The translations under genes were made by a program, and so were the position numbers. A stretch of DNA of 64,000 nt from an uncultured delta proteobacterium (lineage in GTDB: Bacteria > Desulfobacterota > Zymogenia > Zymogenales > Zymogenaceae), in assembly GCA_963735595.1 (NCBI GenBank), contig CAVTLK010000004.1:544313-608312 (forward strand), given 5' to 3'. The number at the start of each line of letters is the position of its first letter. Positions within the stretch are counted from its first letter, which is position 1. Positions 45,208-55,131 of the stretch are shown piece by piece. The notes under the pieces are model-generated. The model did not search any database, was not told where the DNA came from, and saw only the letters and a program-made list of their open reading frames with translations.

Positions 45208-46212
45208 GTGGCAACGACGATCGAAACCAACCGGAACAGCCGGCACCTGATCTTCTTCGTAGAGCCCGACGATCGCGGCAATCGGCTCGATCGGTATCTC
45301 TCCAATCTGCTCCTGAATATTCCCGCTCATTTTTTCAAAAACTCATCAGGGACGGATGCGTCCTCGTGGACGAGCTGCGCCGCGTCCGGGTCCGATCCAG
45401 TTATCGCCGGCAGCCCGTATCGACGTATTCAATCCGCGAACGAGGCGTCGCAGACGATCGGGCCCGAGGATATTGCGGTTACGATCGTCTATGAGGACGA
45501 TTGTACTCGCCGTCGTCGATAAACCGGCCGGGCTCTCGGTTCATCCCGGCGCCGGGAGGGTCTCCGGCACGCTTGTCTCCGCGCTCCTCTTTCGGGGCAT
45601 GAGCCTTTCCGAGAAATCGGGGGCGGATCGTCCGGGGATTGTCCACCGGCTGGATAAGGATACCTCGGGACTTATCGTGGTGGCAAAGGACGACCGGGCC
45701 TATGACGGACTCAAATCCCAATTCATGGCCCATACGGTCGGCCGCCTCTACCGGGGGGTCTGCTGGGGGAGGATCGGGCAGGATCCGGGAGCGATCGAGA
45801 CGCTGATCGCCCGCCACGGCCGCGACCGCACACGTATGACGACGCGAACCGCCGCGGGAAGAACGGCGGTTACCGAGTACTTCGTCCTGGAACGGTTCAG
45901 CGCATATGACGTACGCGCAGTTTCGACTCAAGACCGGAAGGACCCATCAGATCCGCGTCCACATGGCCTCCCGGGGCCACCCGATCGTCGGAGACCGAAC
46001 GTACGGCGGGGTGAACGCGGCGAAGCGGCTGACCGATCGACGGCTCATCGACGCGGTAACGGCCATGAACCGTCAGGCCCTTCACGCCGCGTCCCTCGGG
46101 TTTGTCCATCCCGTTACGGGGAAAGCGATGCATTTTGAGTCTGACCTGCCCTGCCGATATAACTCTTCTTATGGAAGTACTGCATGAAGAAACCGGACGT
46201 CGTGACGTTTGA
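45208..46212 (+). CDS. rluD: RluA/RluD family pseudouridine synthase (several apparent indels)
   Basis: RLDRYL S4-like start, VDKPAGLSVHPG, RPGIVHRLDKDTSG, LKTGRTHQIRVHM..GHPIVGD..Y, QALHA. Confidence 0.9.
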
Positions 46213-46980
46213 GCGGATCGTCGGTATTCAGGTTCTCCGCCGGGCGCCGGGGAGAAAATCCGGTGTCTCTTTTCCACCAGGAGGACAGTGACCGGCGGGG
46301 CGGGCCTTGACTTCGACCACCGGAAGGGCGATAATCCGGCCGTCGGGGAGAGTTATGACGCCGCGGCCGGCTGGTTCGGGGTGCCGGTATCGTCGGTTTT
46401 CGTTATGCGGCAGGTGCATGGCGGTGACGTCACGGCCATCCGCGAACTCCCGGAACCCCACCGGATGCGGGCGGCGATTCCCGTTGACGCGACGGTGACC
46501 GATCGTCCCGGCCTTGTCCTCACGGTTCTCACGGCCGACTGCCTCCCGATCCTGATGTTCGATCGGAAAAGGGGCGTGGTGGCCGCCGTTCATGCCGGAT
46601 GGCGCAGTACAACGGCCGGGATAGCACAAAAGGCTGTTACTACGATGGCGGCCGCCTTTGGATCGGAACCCGCCGATATCTCCGCCGCCATGGGCCCGTG
46701 CATCGGGAGGTGCTGTTTTGAGGTGGGGCCGGAGGTGATCCGGGATGTGCGTGCGGCGTTTCCGTTTGGCGACGATTATATCGAGACGAAATCCGACGGA
46801 AAGGGGATGCTCGACCTGGCCGGGCTCAACCGCGGCGTGCTCACACGCGCGGGCCTTTTCCCCGATCATATCTGGTCGGCTGACCTGTGCACCTATTGTC
46901 GCGAGGACCTCTTCTACTCATACCGGCGCGAGGGAGAGGGGACGGGAAGGATGCTGGCCGGAATCATGATCGAGGAGTAG
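46184..46980 (+). CDS. pgeF: Peptidoglycan editing factor PgeF/YfiH (purine nucleoside phosphorylase); apparent indel near 46250
   Basis: QVHG, TADCLPIL, HAGWR, GPCIG.CCFEVG, CT.C..FYSYRR..GRM; conserved rluD-yfiH order. Confidence 0.9.
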
Positions 46981-46983
46981 AGC

Positions 46984-47619
46984 ATGCTGATCGTTGGATT
47001 GACCGGCGGCATCGCAAGCGGCAAGAGCAGCGCGGCGCGTATCTTCATAAAGCTCGGCGCCAGGGTCGTCGACAGCGACGTCCTGGCCCGCACCGTCGTG
47101 GAGCCGGGACGGCCCGCGTTAACGAAGATCAGGGAACGGTTCGGGGGCGGCGTAATAAACGCCGACGGGACGTTGTGCCGGGAGAAGCTCAGGGATATCG
47201 TGTTCCACGACTCCCGCGCGCTCGCCGACCTCAACGCGATCGTCCACCCGGCGGTCTATGCCGAGATGGCCCGGGAGATGGCGGAGTATCGGAAGGACCC
47301 GGGCGATACAATACTGATGCTCGATATACCGCTCCTGTTCGAGTCGGGAGGAGAAACAATCGTCGAACGCGTGGTGGTGGTCTGGATCGACCGGGAAACG
47401 CAGATACAGCGTCTCATGGGTCGTGACGGTTTCTCACGGGAGGACGCGATAAACCGGATCGAAAAGCAGATGGACCTCGATGAAAAGAGGCGACGGGCCG
47501 ATTTCGTTATAGACAACACCGGGACGTTCGAAGACCTGGAGTTACGGGTGCGGGAGGTCTTCGAGAAGCTATGCGCCCTCAACCGGGACGGCGGGCAGAA
47601 GACGGGCCAGAAGAAATAA
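46984..47619 (+). CDS. coaE: Dephospho-CoA kinase
   Basis: VGLTGGIASGKS, LNAIVHP, DIPLLFE, ADFVIDNTG. Confidence 0.96.
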   Translation: MLIVGLTGGIASGKSSAARIFIKLGARVVDSDVLARTVVEPGRPALTKIRERFGGGVINADGTLCREKLRDIVFHDSRALADLNAIVHPAVYAEMAREMAEYRKDPGDTILMLDIPLLFESGGETIVERVVVVWIDRETQIQRLMGRDGFSREDAINRIEKQMDLDEKRRRADFVIDNTGTFEDLELRVREVFEKLCALNRDGGQKTGQKK

Positions 47620-47691
47620 GAGATACGGGGCCCGCCGTAAGTCTTAGCTTCCCGGAAGCAACACCGGGCCGCCGCCCTGCCATCTTTTCCC

Positions 47692-47720
47692 TTGACGCTC
47701 GTTTGCCGCGGTGGTATCAA
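47692..47720 (+). promoter_or_regulatory. Possible sigma70 promoter for MoxR operon
   Basis: TTGACG-17 nt-TATCAA with TG extension. Confidence 0.35.
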
Positions 47721-47880
47721 TAAAAGAGGGGGTATCCCCGGCGAGGCTTTTACCCTCGCGCGGACGAAAAATGCCGTAATGTTCTCCGCGAAGTATACTA
47801 TAGAATTAAAGGGCCCCCCCTTTATTATGTAGCCGGGGGCGACACCGATAGCCGTTATATCCAACAGGAAAGGCAGTATC

Positions 47881-48804
47881 ATGTTTAGCTCAATTGCAGA
47901 CGTCATCGAGACCTTCAAGAGAAACTACTATATCATCAACCCCGACGTGGCAACCGTGGTCTACCTCTCGGTGATGATGAACAAACCCATCCTCGTTGAA
48001 GGGCCGGCAGGCGTCGGCAAGACCGAGTTCGGCAAGGTCATCGCCGCCTCACAGGGGCTGGAGCTCATCCGGCTCCAGTGCTACGAGGGGTTGGACGAGG
48101 CCAAGGCGCTCTACGAGTGGGAATACGCCAAGCAGCTCCTCTATACCCAGATCCTGAAGGAAAAAATCGGCGAAGTCCTGACCGGCACTACGTCTCTTTC
48201 CGATGCGGTGGAGCGGCTGGGACATGAGGAGGACGCCTTCTTCTCAACGAAATTTATCCTTCCCCGTCCCCTGCTCAAGTCCATCACCTCCGAAAAGCAG
48301 GTGGTGCTGCTCATCGATGAGGTGGATAAAGCCGACCCCGAGTTCGAGGCGTTTTTGCTCGAGATCCTCTCAGACTTTCAGATCAGCATACCGGAGATCG
48401 GGACGGTCAAGGCCACGCATATCCCCCAGGTTATTTTAACCAGCAACAACACACGCGATATGTCCGACGCGCTCAAGCGGCGGTGTCTCCACCTGTACAT
48501 GGATTTCCCCACCAAGGAGCGCGAGGAGGAGATCATCCGCCTCAAGGTGCCGGGGGTCGACGAGCGGCTTGCCAGGCAGGTGGTCTTTACCGTGCAGACG
48601 CTGCGTGACCTCGACCTCAAGAAGGTCCCCTCCATCTCCGAGACGCTGGACTGGGCCAGGGCGCTGGTGATCCTCAATATCAAGAATCTCGATCCCGATA
48701 CTGTTACCACGACGCTAAACTTTATCCTCAAGTACCAGTCGGATATCGAGGCTGCGCGAAAGAACATGACCAAGATCGTCGAGGGGATCGCGGCGCTCAA
48801 TTAA
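47881..48804 (+). CDS. MoxR family AAA+ ATPase (CoxD-like)
   Basis: EGPAGVGKTE, RLQCYEGLDE.KALYEW.Y.KQLL, LLIDEVDKAD.EFEAFLLE, SDALKRRC, PSISETLDW. Confidence 0.92.
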   Translation: MFSSIADVIETFKRNYYIINPDVATVVYLSVMMNKPILVEGPAGVGKTEFGKVIAASQGLELIRLQCYEGLDEAKALYEWEYAKQLLYTQILKEKIGEVLTGTTSLSDAVERLGHEEDAFFSTKFILPRPLLKSITSEKQVVLLIDEVDKADPEFEAFLLEILSDFQISIPEIGTVKATHIPQVILTSNNTRDMSDALKRRCLHLYMDFPTKEREEEIIRLKVPGVDERLARQVVFTVQTLRDLDLKKVPSISETLDWARALVILNIKNLDPDTVTTTLNFILKYQSDIEAARKNMTKIVEGIAALN

Positions 48805-48885
48805 CCATATGATCTACGGAGTATACGCCGGAAGCGATTGACCGCTGCCCATCCGGCCTGTACCTTATAAGAGAAGAATTCTGCC

Positions 48886-50256
48886 GTGAAAGACGTCATC
48901 ATTGATTTCATCGACGGCCTCAAGTTTCGCGGGGTCAGGGTCTCCGTCTCGGAGACCATGGACGCGCTCAGGGGTGTGACCGAGATCGGCGTCGCCGATA
49001 AGGCGGCCTTCAAATCGGTGCTCAGGGCGACCCTCGTCAAAGACAGGAAAGACATCTCCGCCTTTGACGAGCTGTTTGACCTCTTCTTCAACCCCTCGTC
49101 TATCCTGCTTACCCAAAAAACCGAGAATGACAAGAAGATAGCGGCCATCCTGCAGGAGGCACAGGACCTCTTTTCCGAAGAATTTATGGGCGTCATGCAG
49201 GGCGACCCCAAGATGATGATGGAGTTGATCGGGGGAATCGCCGAGGCGACCAACCTCAAGGATATCCGTTTCCCCATGCAGTCGGGCTATTTCTTCACCA
49301 AGATGTCCGGTATGCTGGGGGGTATGGGACTGGAGCGGGAGCTTTCGGACTTCATAGACTTCCTTCGGGAGCGCGGGTATCTTGAAAACGGGATGGGGGA
49401 ACAAAACGTCCGCGGTCTTTTCGATGCGCGCCTCACCGATATCAAAGACCTCATCCGCTCCGAGATCAAGCGGGAACAGGAAAAGCACCGGAATCCGAAA
49501 CGGGACCAGGCCGTTCCGGATGCGATGGGGGAACGGAACTTCTCGGAGCTCTCCGAGCAGGAGATCGAGGAGATGCGGGACGCCATAAAGGCGCTGGTCA
49601 GGAAGATCAAGGATACGCTGGCAATCCGGGAGCGGCGGTTTAAACGGGGGAGATTTGACATCAAGCGGACGATCAGGCGCTCGCTTCAGTATGGCGGCGT
49701 CCCGATTAAGGTGATTTTCAGGAAGAAGAAAAAGACGAAGGGACAGCTCGTGACAATCTGCGACGTCTCCCGCTCGGTCTGGAACGCCTCCCGTTTCATG
49801 CTCAATCTCCTCTACTCTCTCCAGGACCAGTTTGACCGGGTGCGATCATTTGTTTTCGTTTCCGACCTCGGGGAGGTTACAAAGATATTTTCACGTTACG
49901 AGCACAACGAGGCGCTCAAACGCCTCATCAGCGAGGCGGGGATAAATTTCTTTTCCTATACGGACTACGGCGATGTGCTGATGCGCTTCTATAACGATTA
50001 CCTGGATTCCGTGAACCGGAGAACCACCGTCATCATCATCGGCGACGCCCGCAACAACTATATGGCACATAACGCCTGGGTGCTCGAAAAGATAAAGAAG
50101 CGGTCCCGGAAGGTATACTGGCTCAACCCCGAGCCGGAGCGCTGGTGGGGGAGCGGGGATTCGGACATGGACAAATTCATGCCGTTTATCACCGAGGCCA
50201 GGGAATGCCGTAACCTCAAACAGCTCGCCAAGTTTATCGAGGATCTGGTCGTCTGA
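48886..50256 (+). CDS. VWA domain protein (CoxE-like)
   Basis: CDVSRSV MIDAS, TDYG, IIGDARNNY, WLNPEP..WGSGDS, ECRNL.QL. Confidence 0.9.
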   Translation: MKDVIIDFIDGLKFRGVRVSVSETMDALRGVTEIGVADKAAFKSVLRATLVKDRKDISAFDELFDLFFNPSSILLTQKTENDKKIAAILQEAQDLFSEEFMGVMQGDPKMMMELIGGIAEATNLKDIRFPMQSGYFFTKMSGMLGGMGLERELSDFIDFLRERGYLENGMGEQNVRGLFDARLTDIKDLIRSEIKREQEKHRNPKRDQAVPDAMGERNFSELSEQEIEEMRDAIKALVRKIKDTLAIRERRFKRGRFDIKRTIRRSLQYGGVPIKVIFRKKKKTKGQLVTICDVSRSVWNASRFMLNLLYSLQDQFDRVRSFVFVSDLGEVTKIFSRYEHNEALKRLISEAGINFFSYTDYGDVLMRFYNDYLDSVNRRTTVIIIGDARNNYMAHNAWVLEKIKKRSRKVYWLNPEPERWWGSGDSDMDKFMPFITEARECRNLKQLAKFIEDLVV

Positions 50257-50300
50257 ACCCCATCAGTATCCGATCAATAAGCGATTAAGGGGAATTCCGC

Positions 50301-51410
50301 ATGCGTCAAGAGAAGAGCCGTATCTATCCGCGACTGCCCTGGGCCCGGAGGCTTTTGACAACGGTTCGTTTTTTCGTCGTCTTCATACTCCTCTTTTCCC
50401 TTGCACTTCTGCTTATCTCTTATATATACGGTGGCCGCGTACTAGAACAAGCGGGGCCTCCCGCCCTCCTGGGAAACAAGCACGAAACAATCGCGCTTCT
50501 CGAAAAAGACAAAGATAACATCCACCCCTTTACCTTCTGGGTGGCGGGGGATACCCATAAGGATAATTATCTGCGGACCCTTTATCCCGAACAAATAAAA
50601 CCGCAGCGGCCGGCCTTCGGGATTATCCTGGGGGATGTGGTAGATGACCCACTAAAGCAGCAACACCGCTATTTCTGGAATACCTGCCGGAGGATGGATA
50701 TCGATTCCCCAACATTTGTGGTTGTCGGTAACCACGACGTGGGGGAGGGACAGATGTTCGACAGGACCGACTACGGGGTATACGGATTTGATCTCAAGGA
50801 GTTCCGTGACGCGTACGGGCCCGACGAGTTTACCTTTACCTATGCGGGATGTCTGTTTATCGTGATCAATAATTCCATGGGTGGAGAGGCATACATGGAT
50901 TTTCTGGAGGGGGCCCTCGAACGGGAAGCCTCAAACGCCCGCATGGTCTTCGTGATCTGTCACTTACCCTTTCGGACGGACTATGATGTGGCGAAATACC
51001 CCGCCGTCTTTATTCCCCGGTTCAGGGATCTCGCCGCAAAATACCGTATCGATTACCTCATATCAGGCCATTTCCACACCTATGTGCGGCAGAACATCTT
51101 CGGCACGACGCATCTTATATCGGGGGGAGGCATGGGCCTCTTCGGAAGAGAGTCCACATCGATTTCCCACGGGGTCTTCTTTAACGTCGATCCGGAGTCA
51201 CGGGTTGTCACCGAGCGGGTGATGATAGTCCATGACGGGGCGGCCCGAAAGTTCCTATATCAAATAGACTACCTTACTGTCGTTATCATCGCCCCGTTCG
51301 TCACGGCACACCCGTTCCTCGGCGGCGCCTGCGGTGTCGTGGACCTCCTTCTGCTTGGCTTCTTTATTACCCCACTTGTTCGCGGTCGGAGGAAGGAAAA
51401 CGCGGCCTGA
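50301..51410 (+). CDS. Membrane-anchored metallophosphoesterase
   Basis: GDTH, GDVV, GNHD, CHLP, SGHFH calcineurin-like motifs; hydrophobic segments at both ends. Confidence 0.85.
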   Translation: MRQEKSRIYPRLPWARRLLTTVRFFVVFILLFSLALLLISYIYGGRVLEQAGPPALLGNKHETIALLEKDKDNIHPFTFWVAGDTHKDNYLRTLYPEQIKPQRPAFGIILGDVVDDPLKQQHRYFWNTCRRMDIDSPTFVVVGNHDVGEGQMFDRTDYGVYGFDLKEFRDAYGPDEFTFTYAGCLFIVINNSMGGEAYMDFLEGALEREASNARMVFVICHLPFRTDYDVAKYPAVFIPRFRDLAAKYRIDYLISGHFHTYVRQNIFGTTHLISGGGMGLFGRESTSISHGVFFNVDPESRVVTERVMIVHDGAARKFLYQIDYLTVVIIAPFVTAHPFLGGACGVVDLLLLGFFITPLVRGRRKENAA

Positions 51411-51514
51411 ACCCGCTGAGAGGACGTGAGCGCCTCGGGGTCGGCCGCGTTTTAGCAGAGATCCATATCCTTGCGGAACGACGGTAACGGTCGGTCGCCG
51501 GGTGACGATCCTCC

Positions 51515-51826
51515 CTACTTCCCCATAAAGTGGAAGATAAAGAATCCGAGCAGGACTACGATAGACGCGAAACCAACGACCACTGTTGAGATAATCGCCT
51601 TCATCGGTTCTTTCTTATCGTGCTTTAACACCATTCCCAATAACACGAAGAGCACTATGAAAAGGATGACTTCCAATGCGCTCTTCGTTACCCAGTGATG
51701 GCCGGTAACAGAGGCGAGGAAGCTTTTAAATGAAGCGACGTATTCCGCAATGATAACGACTATAACCGTCACGATCATCGTGATGTTTGCCGACCAGGCC
51801 GCTGCCGAAACCTTGTTTTTCATCAC
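51515..51826 (-). CDS. Small membrane protein (3 TM, GHHW motif)
   Basis: SD GGAGG; three hydrophobic stretches; TGHHWVTKS. Confidence 0.75.
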   Translation of the reverse strand: MMKNKVSAAAWSANITMIVTVIVVIIAEYVASFKSFLASVTGHHWVTKSALEVILFIVLFVLLGMVLKHDKKEPMKAIISTVVVGFASIVVLLGFFIFHFMGK

Positions 51827-51835
51827 TCTCCTCCG

Positions 51836-52324
51836 TTAAGGCGTGACAACGTTTCCTGCCGCCAGGGCTGCCCTGGCGCCTACCGCGATGAGAAAACCCA
51901 TCATCGCCATAGAAAAGCCGGTTAGGAAAACGAGGGCCGACAGCATACCGAGCCTCGTTCTGCCCTTTATGGCTATGTCTTTGAAGCTCTTTGTCACGAA
52001 TAGGCTGATCACGACTACTGCGGCCATGAGCGGGATAAACAGAAAAATGTGTTCCTTGGCTTCCATGATAATGCCGTGGGCCCACGCGTATGTCGAGCCG
52101 ATGATGACCGGTTTGACGGTTTTCCCATACGTCGTCACGTAATAATATCCCCCCACGATCCAGCTTACGGAAATCAGGGTCAGTCCCGTGAGGGATACGG
52201 CGCGCGCCCGCTTGAGCCCCTCTTCCTTTGCGTTGATAAGCTCAACGACGACCCAGAGAAAGCAAAGGGCGCCAAGGTCCCCGAGACCCGCGTGCAGGAG
52301 GACATACCAACTGATCTCATTCAT
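51836..52324 (-). CDS. Membrane protein (~4 TM, His-containing motifs)
   Basis: SD GGAGG; LHAGLG, GGYYYV..YG..VKP.I, WAH..MEAKEH.FLF. Confidence 0.8.
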   Translation of the reverse strand: MNEISWYVLLHAGLGDLGALCFLWVVVELINAKEEGLKRARAVSLTGLTLISVSWIVGGYYYVTTYGKTVKPVIIGSTYAWAHGIIMEAKEHIFLFIPLMAAVVVISLFVTKSFKDIAIKGRTRLGMLSALVFLTGFSMAMMGFLIAVGARAALAAGNVVTP

Positions 52325-52766
52325 TGCTTACCTCCATATCGAACTATGTTAATTGTATCATGCCATATTGGATAAATGTCAAATAGTTTTACGGCGGTCA
52401 TTATAAAGCGGATTGTGGATCAGGCGTTCACTCCGCAGCGGCGGTAATGTGGTTATGCGGCGGGCCCTGATTTGAGAGCCTGACATCCACACCGCGGAGG
52501 CGTCACCCACGGGGCTCGATGAATAGAGATATTTGAGCTATGATAAATAAGAATATGCTTGGAAAAACCGAAATAGTATGATATTACCTGAATACGTACC
52601 CTGCGAGGGAAGAAAGGACTCTTTGCCCGTCGGACCCCCCGAGAATTCCGGCGGTCCTTTTAAATATGATGAAAGTACCGATTATGCAGCGATAAAGTCT
52701 TCACGTGCCAAAACCTTCATATTCATGTTGTCTTACTCCTGTTACCAGACTCTATGGAGGCACAGT

Positions 52767-54395
52767 ATGGAAAAACAAAATCGGTTTCTGACCCTGGCGC
52801 TCATCACCATTCTCACCTGTTGTCTCTTCGCACTGCAGGGATGTGGAGAGAAGACCCGCCCCTCCTTTGATGCCCAGTACGATGTAATCATCATCGGCGC
52901 CGGCGTCGGCGGAATGTCCGCGGCGGCCACGCTGGCGGCCAACGGCCTTAAGGTGTTACTGCTCGAACAGCACCATAAGGTCGGCGGATGCGCGACGAAT
53001 TTCACGCGAGGCGACTTTACCTTCAACACCGCCATGCACCTTTTGGTGGGCGCCGGCGACAGGGTCCCCAACGAGGGACTCAACAAGCTGATTCGGACCA
53101 ACGGCGTCTACGACAAGATGAAGCTCTACGAGCTCCCCGACTACTACCGCTCGATTTACCCGGGGGTAGATTTTCGGGTGCCGAACCGCTGGGATGAACT
53201 GGATACGGCCCTCAAAGAGCGGTGGCCCGAAGAGACCGCCGGTATCGACAAGTTCCACAGGCTTTGCGCCGATCTCTACGACGAGGCCTTTTCCATCAGC
53301 GGAATTTTCCGCAAGAGCGGGTTCGACGCGTTGCTCATAAAGGCCAAAATCCCCTTCAAACAGAAAAACCTCTATGAGTGGAAAGATAGGACCCTGGCCG
53401 ACCTCATGGACGAGTGCTTCACCAACGATGACATCAAGGCGGTGCTCAACCAGACCTGGGTCTATTATGGCGCGCCCGTTTCCGATCAGTCGGCGCTCTT
53501 CTATATGACGGCGACCGACGCCATTATGACCTACGGCACGTACCATGTCTTCGGGACCGCTCAGGCGATGGCCGACGCCTACGCCGCGCGGATTATCGAG
53601 CTCGGCGGTGAGGTCAAGACCGGGACGCTGGTTACCAAGATCATTATCGAAGACGGCCTGGCCCGCGGGATCGAGACCGAGTTCGGCGACACCTACACCG
53701 CCCGGTACGTCATCTGCAATACCGACCCCTACCAGATGGTTTTCAAGCTGATCGGCGAAGAAAATCTTCCGAAAGACTACGTAGAGAAAATCAAGGGGAT
53801 GAAGATCGCCAATTCCCTCTTCGGGGTTTATCTCGGTCTCAATATCGACCTGAAAGCACTCGGATATACGGATACCGAGATCATCTACAGCACCGATAAG
53901 GACAGCGGTAAGATATACGACAGCATGATGAAGGGGGATTTCGCCGACGGCGCGTCGTCCATTTCGATCTACTCGAATTTCGGGGATCCTATCTATGCCC
54001 CACCGGGTAAGTCATGCGTAGTGCTCCACGCCTATTCCGACTATGACGCCTGGCCAAAGGATCGCGACGAATACCAGAAGATGAAGGAAGAAAACGCCTG
54101 GGAGCAGATCAATTTGGCGGCCCGGATCATCCCCGAGCTCGGCGATCCGAGGAATATCGAGGTCATGGAAGTGGTAACACCCCAGAGCCTCGAGGAATAT
54201 ACGATGAACTATAAGGGCGTCCCGTACGGTTTCTATCTTGACACCAAGCAGTGGGACAAGATCCCCAACGACACGCCCATCGATAACGTATTCATCGCCA
54301 GCAACTGGTCACAGGCATGGTTTGGTATGGGTGCCGGCCAGGTGAACGGATGGCGCGCCGCCCGTTTGGTATTGGACCGTGAAGGCATTCAATAA
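52767..54395 (+). CDS. Phytoene desaturase/retinol saturase-like FAD oxidoreductase with lipoprotein signal
   Basis: SD GGAGG + ATG 52767; hydrophobic h-region ending LQGC; YDVIIIGAGVGGM..A..LA..G.KVLLLEQH..VGG, TP...E.YT.N.KG..YG. Confidence 0.85.
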   Translation: MEKQNRFLTLALITILTCCLFALQGCGEKTRPSFDAQYDVIIIGAGVGGMSAAATLAANGLKVLLLEQHHKVGGCATNFTRGDFTFNTAMHLLVGAGDRVPNEGLNKLIRTNGVYDKMKLYELPDYYRSIYPGVDFRVPNRWDELDTALKERWPEETAGIDKFHRLCADLYDEAFSISGIFRKSGFDALLIKAKIPFKQKNLYEWKDRTLADLMDECFTNDDIKAVLNQTWVYYGAPVSDQSALFYMTATDAIMTYGTYHVFGTAQAMADAYAARIIELGGEVKTGTLVTKIIIEDGLARGIETEFGDTYTARYVICNTDPYQMVFKLIGEENLPKDYVEKIKGMKIANSLFGVYLGLNIDLKALGYTDTEIIYSTDKDSGKIYDSMMKGDFADGASSISIYSNFGDPIYAPPGKSCVVLHAYSDYDAWPKDRDEYQKMKEENAWEQINLAARIIPELGDPRNIEVMEVVTPQSLEEYTMNYKGVPYGFYLDTKQWDKIPNDTPIDNVFIASNWSQAWFGMGAGQVNGWRAARLVLDREGIQ

Positions 54396-54405
54396 GGAGG
54401 ACCAC

Positions 54406-54804
54406 ATGAAAACAAAGACACTACAGAAAACGGCTTTCGTCTTTATCGTTGCGGTCCTTTTATCGGGATTGGCGGCTATCGCCGCCCTTTCGATAGACTT
54501 CGGCGCCGCTCGCGTTGACCTGGACGATACCACGAAGGCGACCAGCCGATACCTTCCCGTTACCTTCGACCATAAGACGCATATCGAAGGATACGGGATT
54601 TCCTGCGTCACCTGCCACCATACGGAGAAAGAGACGTTCACGTCCGGCTCTACCGCTCGGTGCGGAGCCTGCCATAACGCGGAAGGCGAAATCTCCTTCA
54701 AGGACGCGATGCACAAGCGGTGCGTCGTCTGCCATATCACAGAAGCCGAGGCCGGCAAAAACGCTCCTACAGAGTGCCTGTCGTGCCATACGCAGCGTCC
54801 ATAA
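54406..54804 (+). CDS. Tetraheme cytochrome c3 (class III)
   Basis: Signal peptide; PVTFDHKTH; four CxxCH (CVTCHH, CGACH, CVVCH, CLSCH); AMH distal His; SD AAGGAGG. Confidence 0.93.
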   Translation: MKTKTLQKTAFVFIVAVLLSGLAAIAALSIDFGAARVDLDDTTKATSRYLPVTFDHKTHIEGYGISCVTCHHTEKETFTSGSTARCGACHNAEGEISFKDAMHKRCVVCHITEAEAGKNAPTECLSCHTQRP

Positions 54805-54814
54805 CACTTGACTC

Positions 54815-54849
54815 GCGGCCCCCTCGTGCGAGAGGGGGCCGCTTCCTTT
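54815..54849 (+). terminator. Intrinsic terminator of oxidoreductase-c3 operon
   Basis: GCGGCCCCCTC / GAGGGGGCCGC 11-bp stem followed by TTCCTTT. Confidence 0.8.
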
Positions 54850-55131
54850 GCGTATATCTGTCCGACGACAGCCCGGTACCGGATGATTACGTATACTCCG
54901 GTACTGATGAATAGTAGTATACTCATTGCCCGTTATTGGCCGTTCGCCGGCGGCGAATCCCCACGTTCGCGACATCCGGTTCTGCTGTATCGCCTTGCTT
55001 GACTGAGACAGAGACCACCGATATTCCTGCCTGTATGAAGAGCGGCCCGTAACACTTCGAGAGAGCGGTTCGTTCACGGCGGCCAATCCGCCAGGTAGAG
55101 CGCGTATTTATTTGCCATAGTCCAAAAAAGT

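Noticed and set aside
52578..52766. Long N-terminal extensions in the ORF track (also 5018, 38650, 39411, 60611, 62242)
   Set aside because: Better SD-associated downstream starts give normal N-termini or signal peptides
54875..54930. Hammerhead ribozyme (CTGATGA after a GTACCGGA/TCCGGTAC stem)
   Set aside because: No stem II followed by GAAA and no stem III/cleavage triplet
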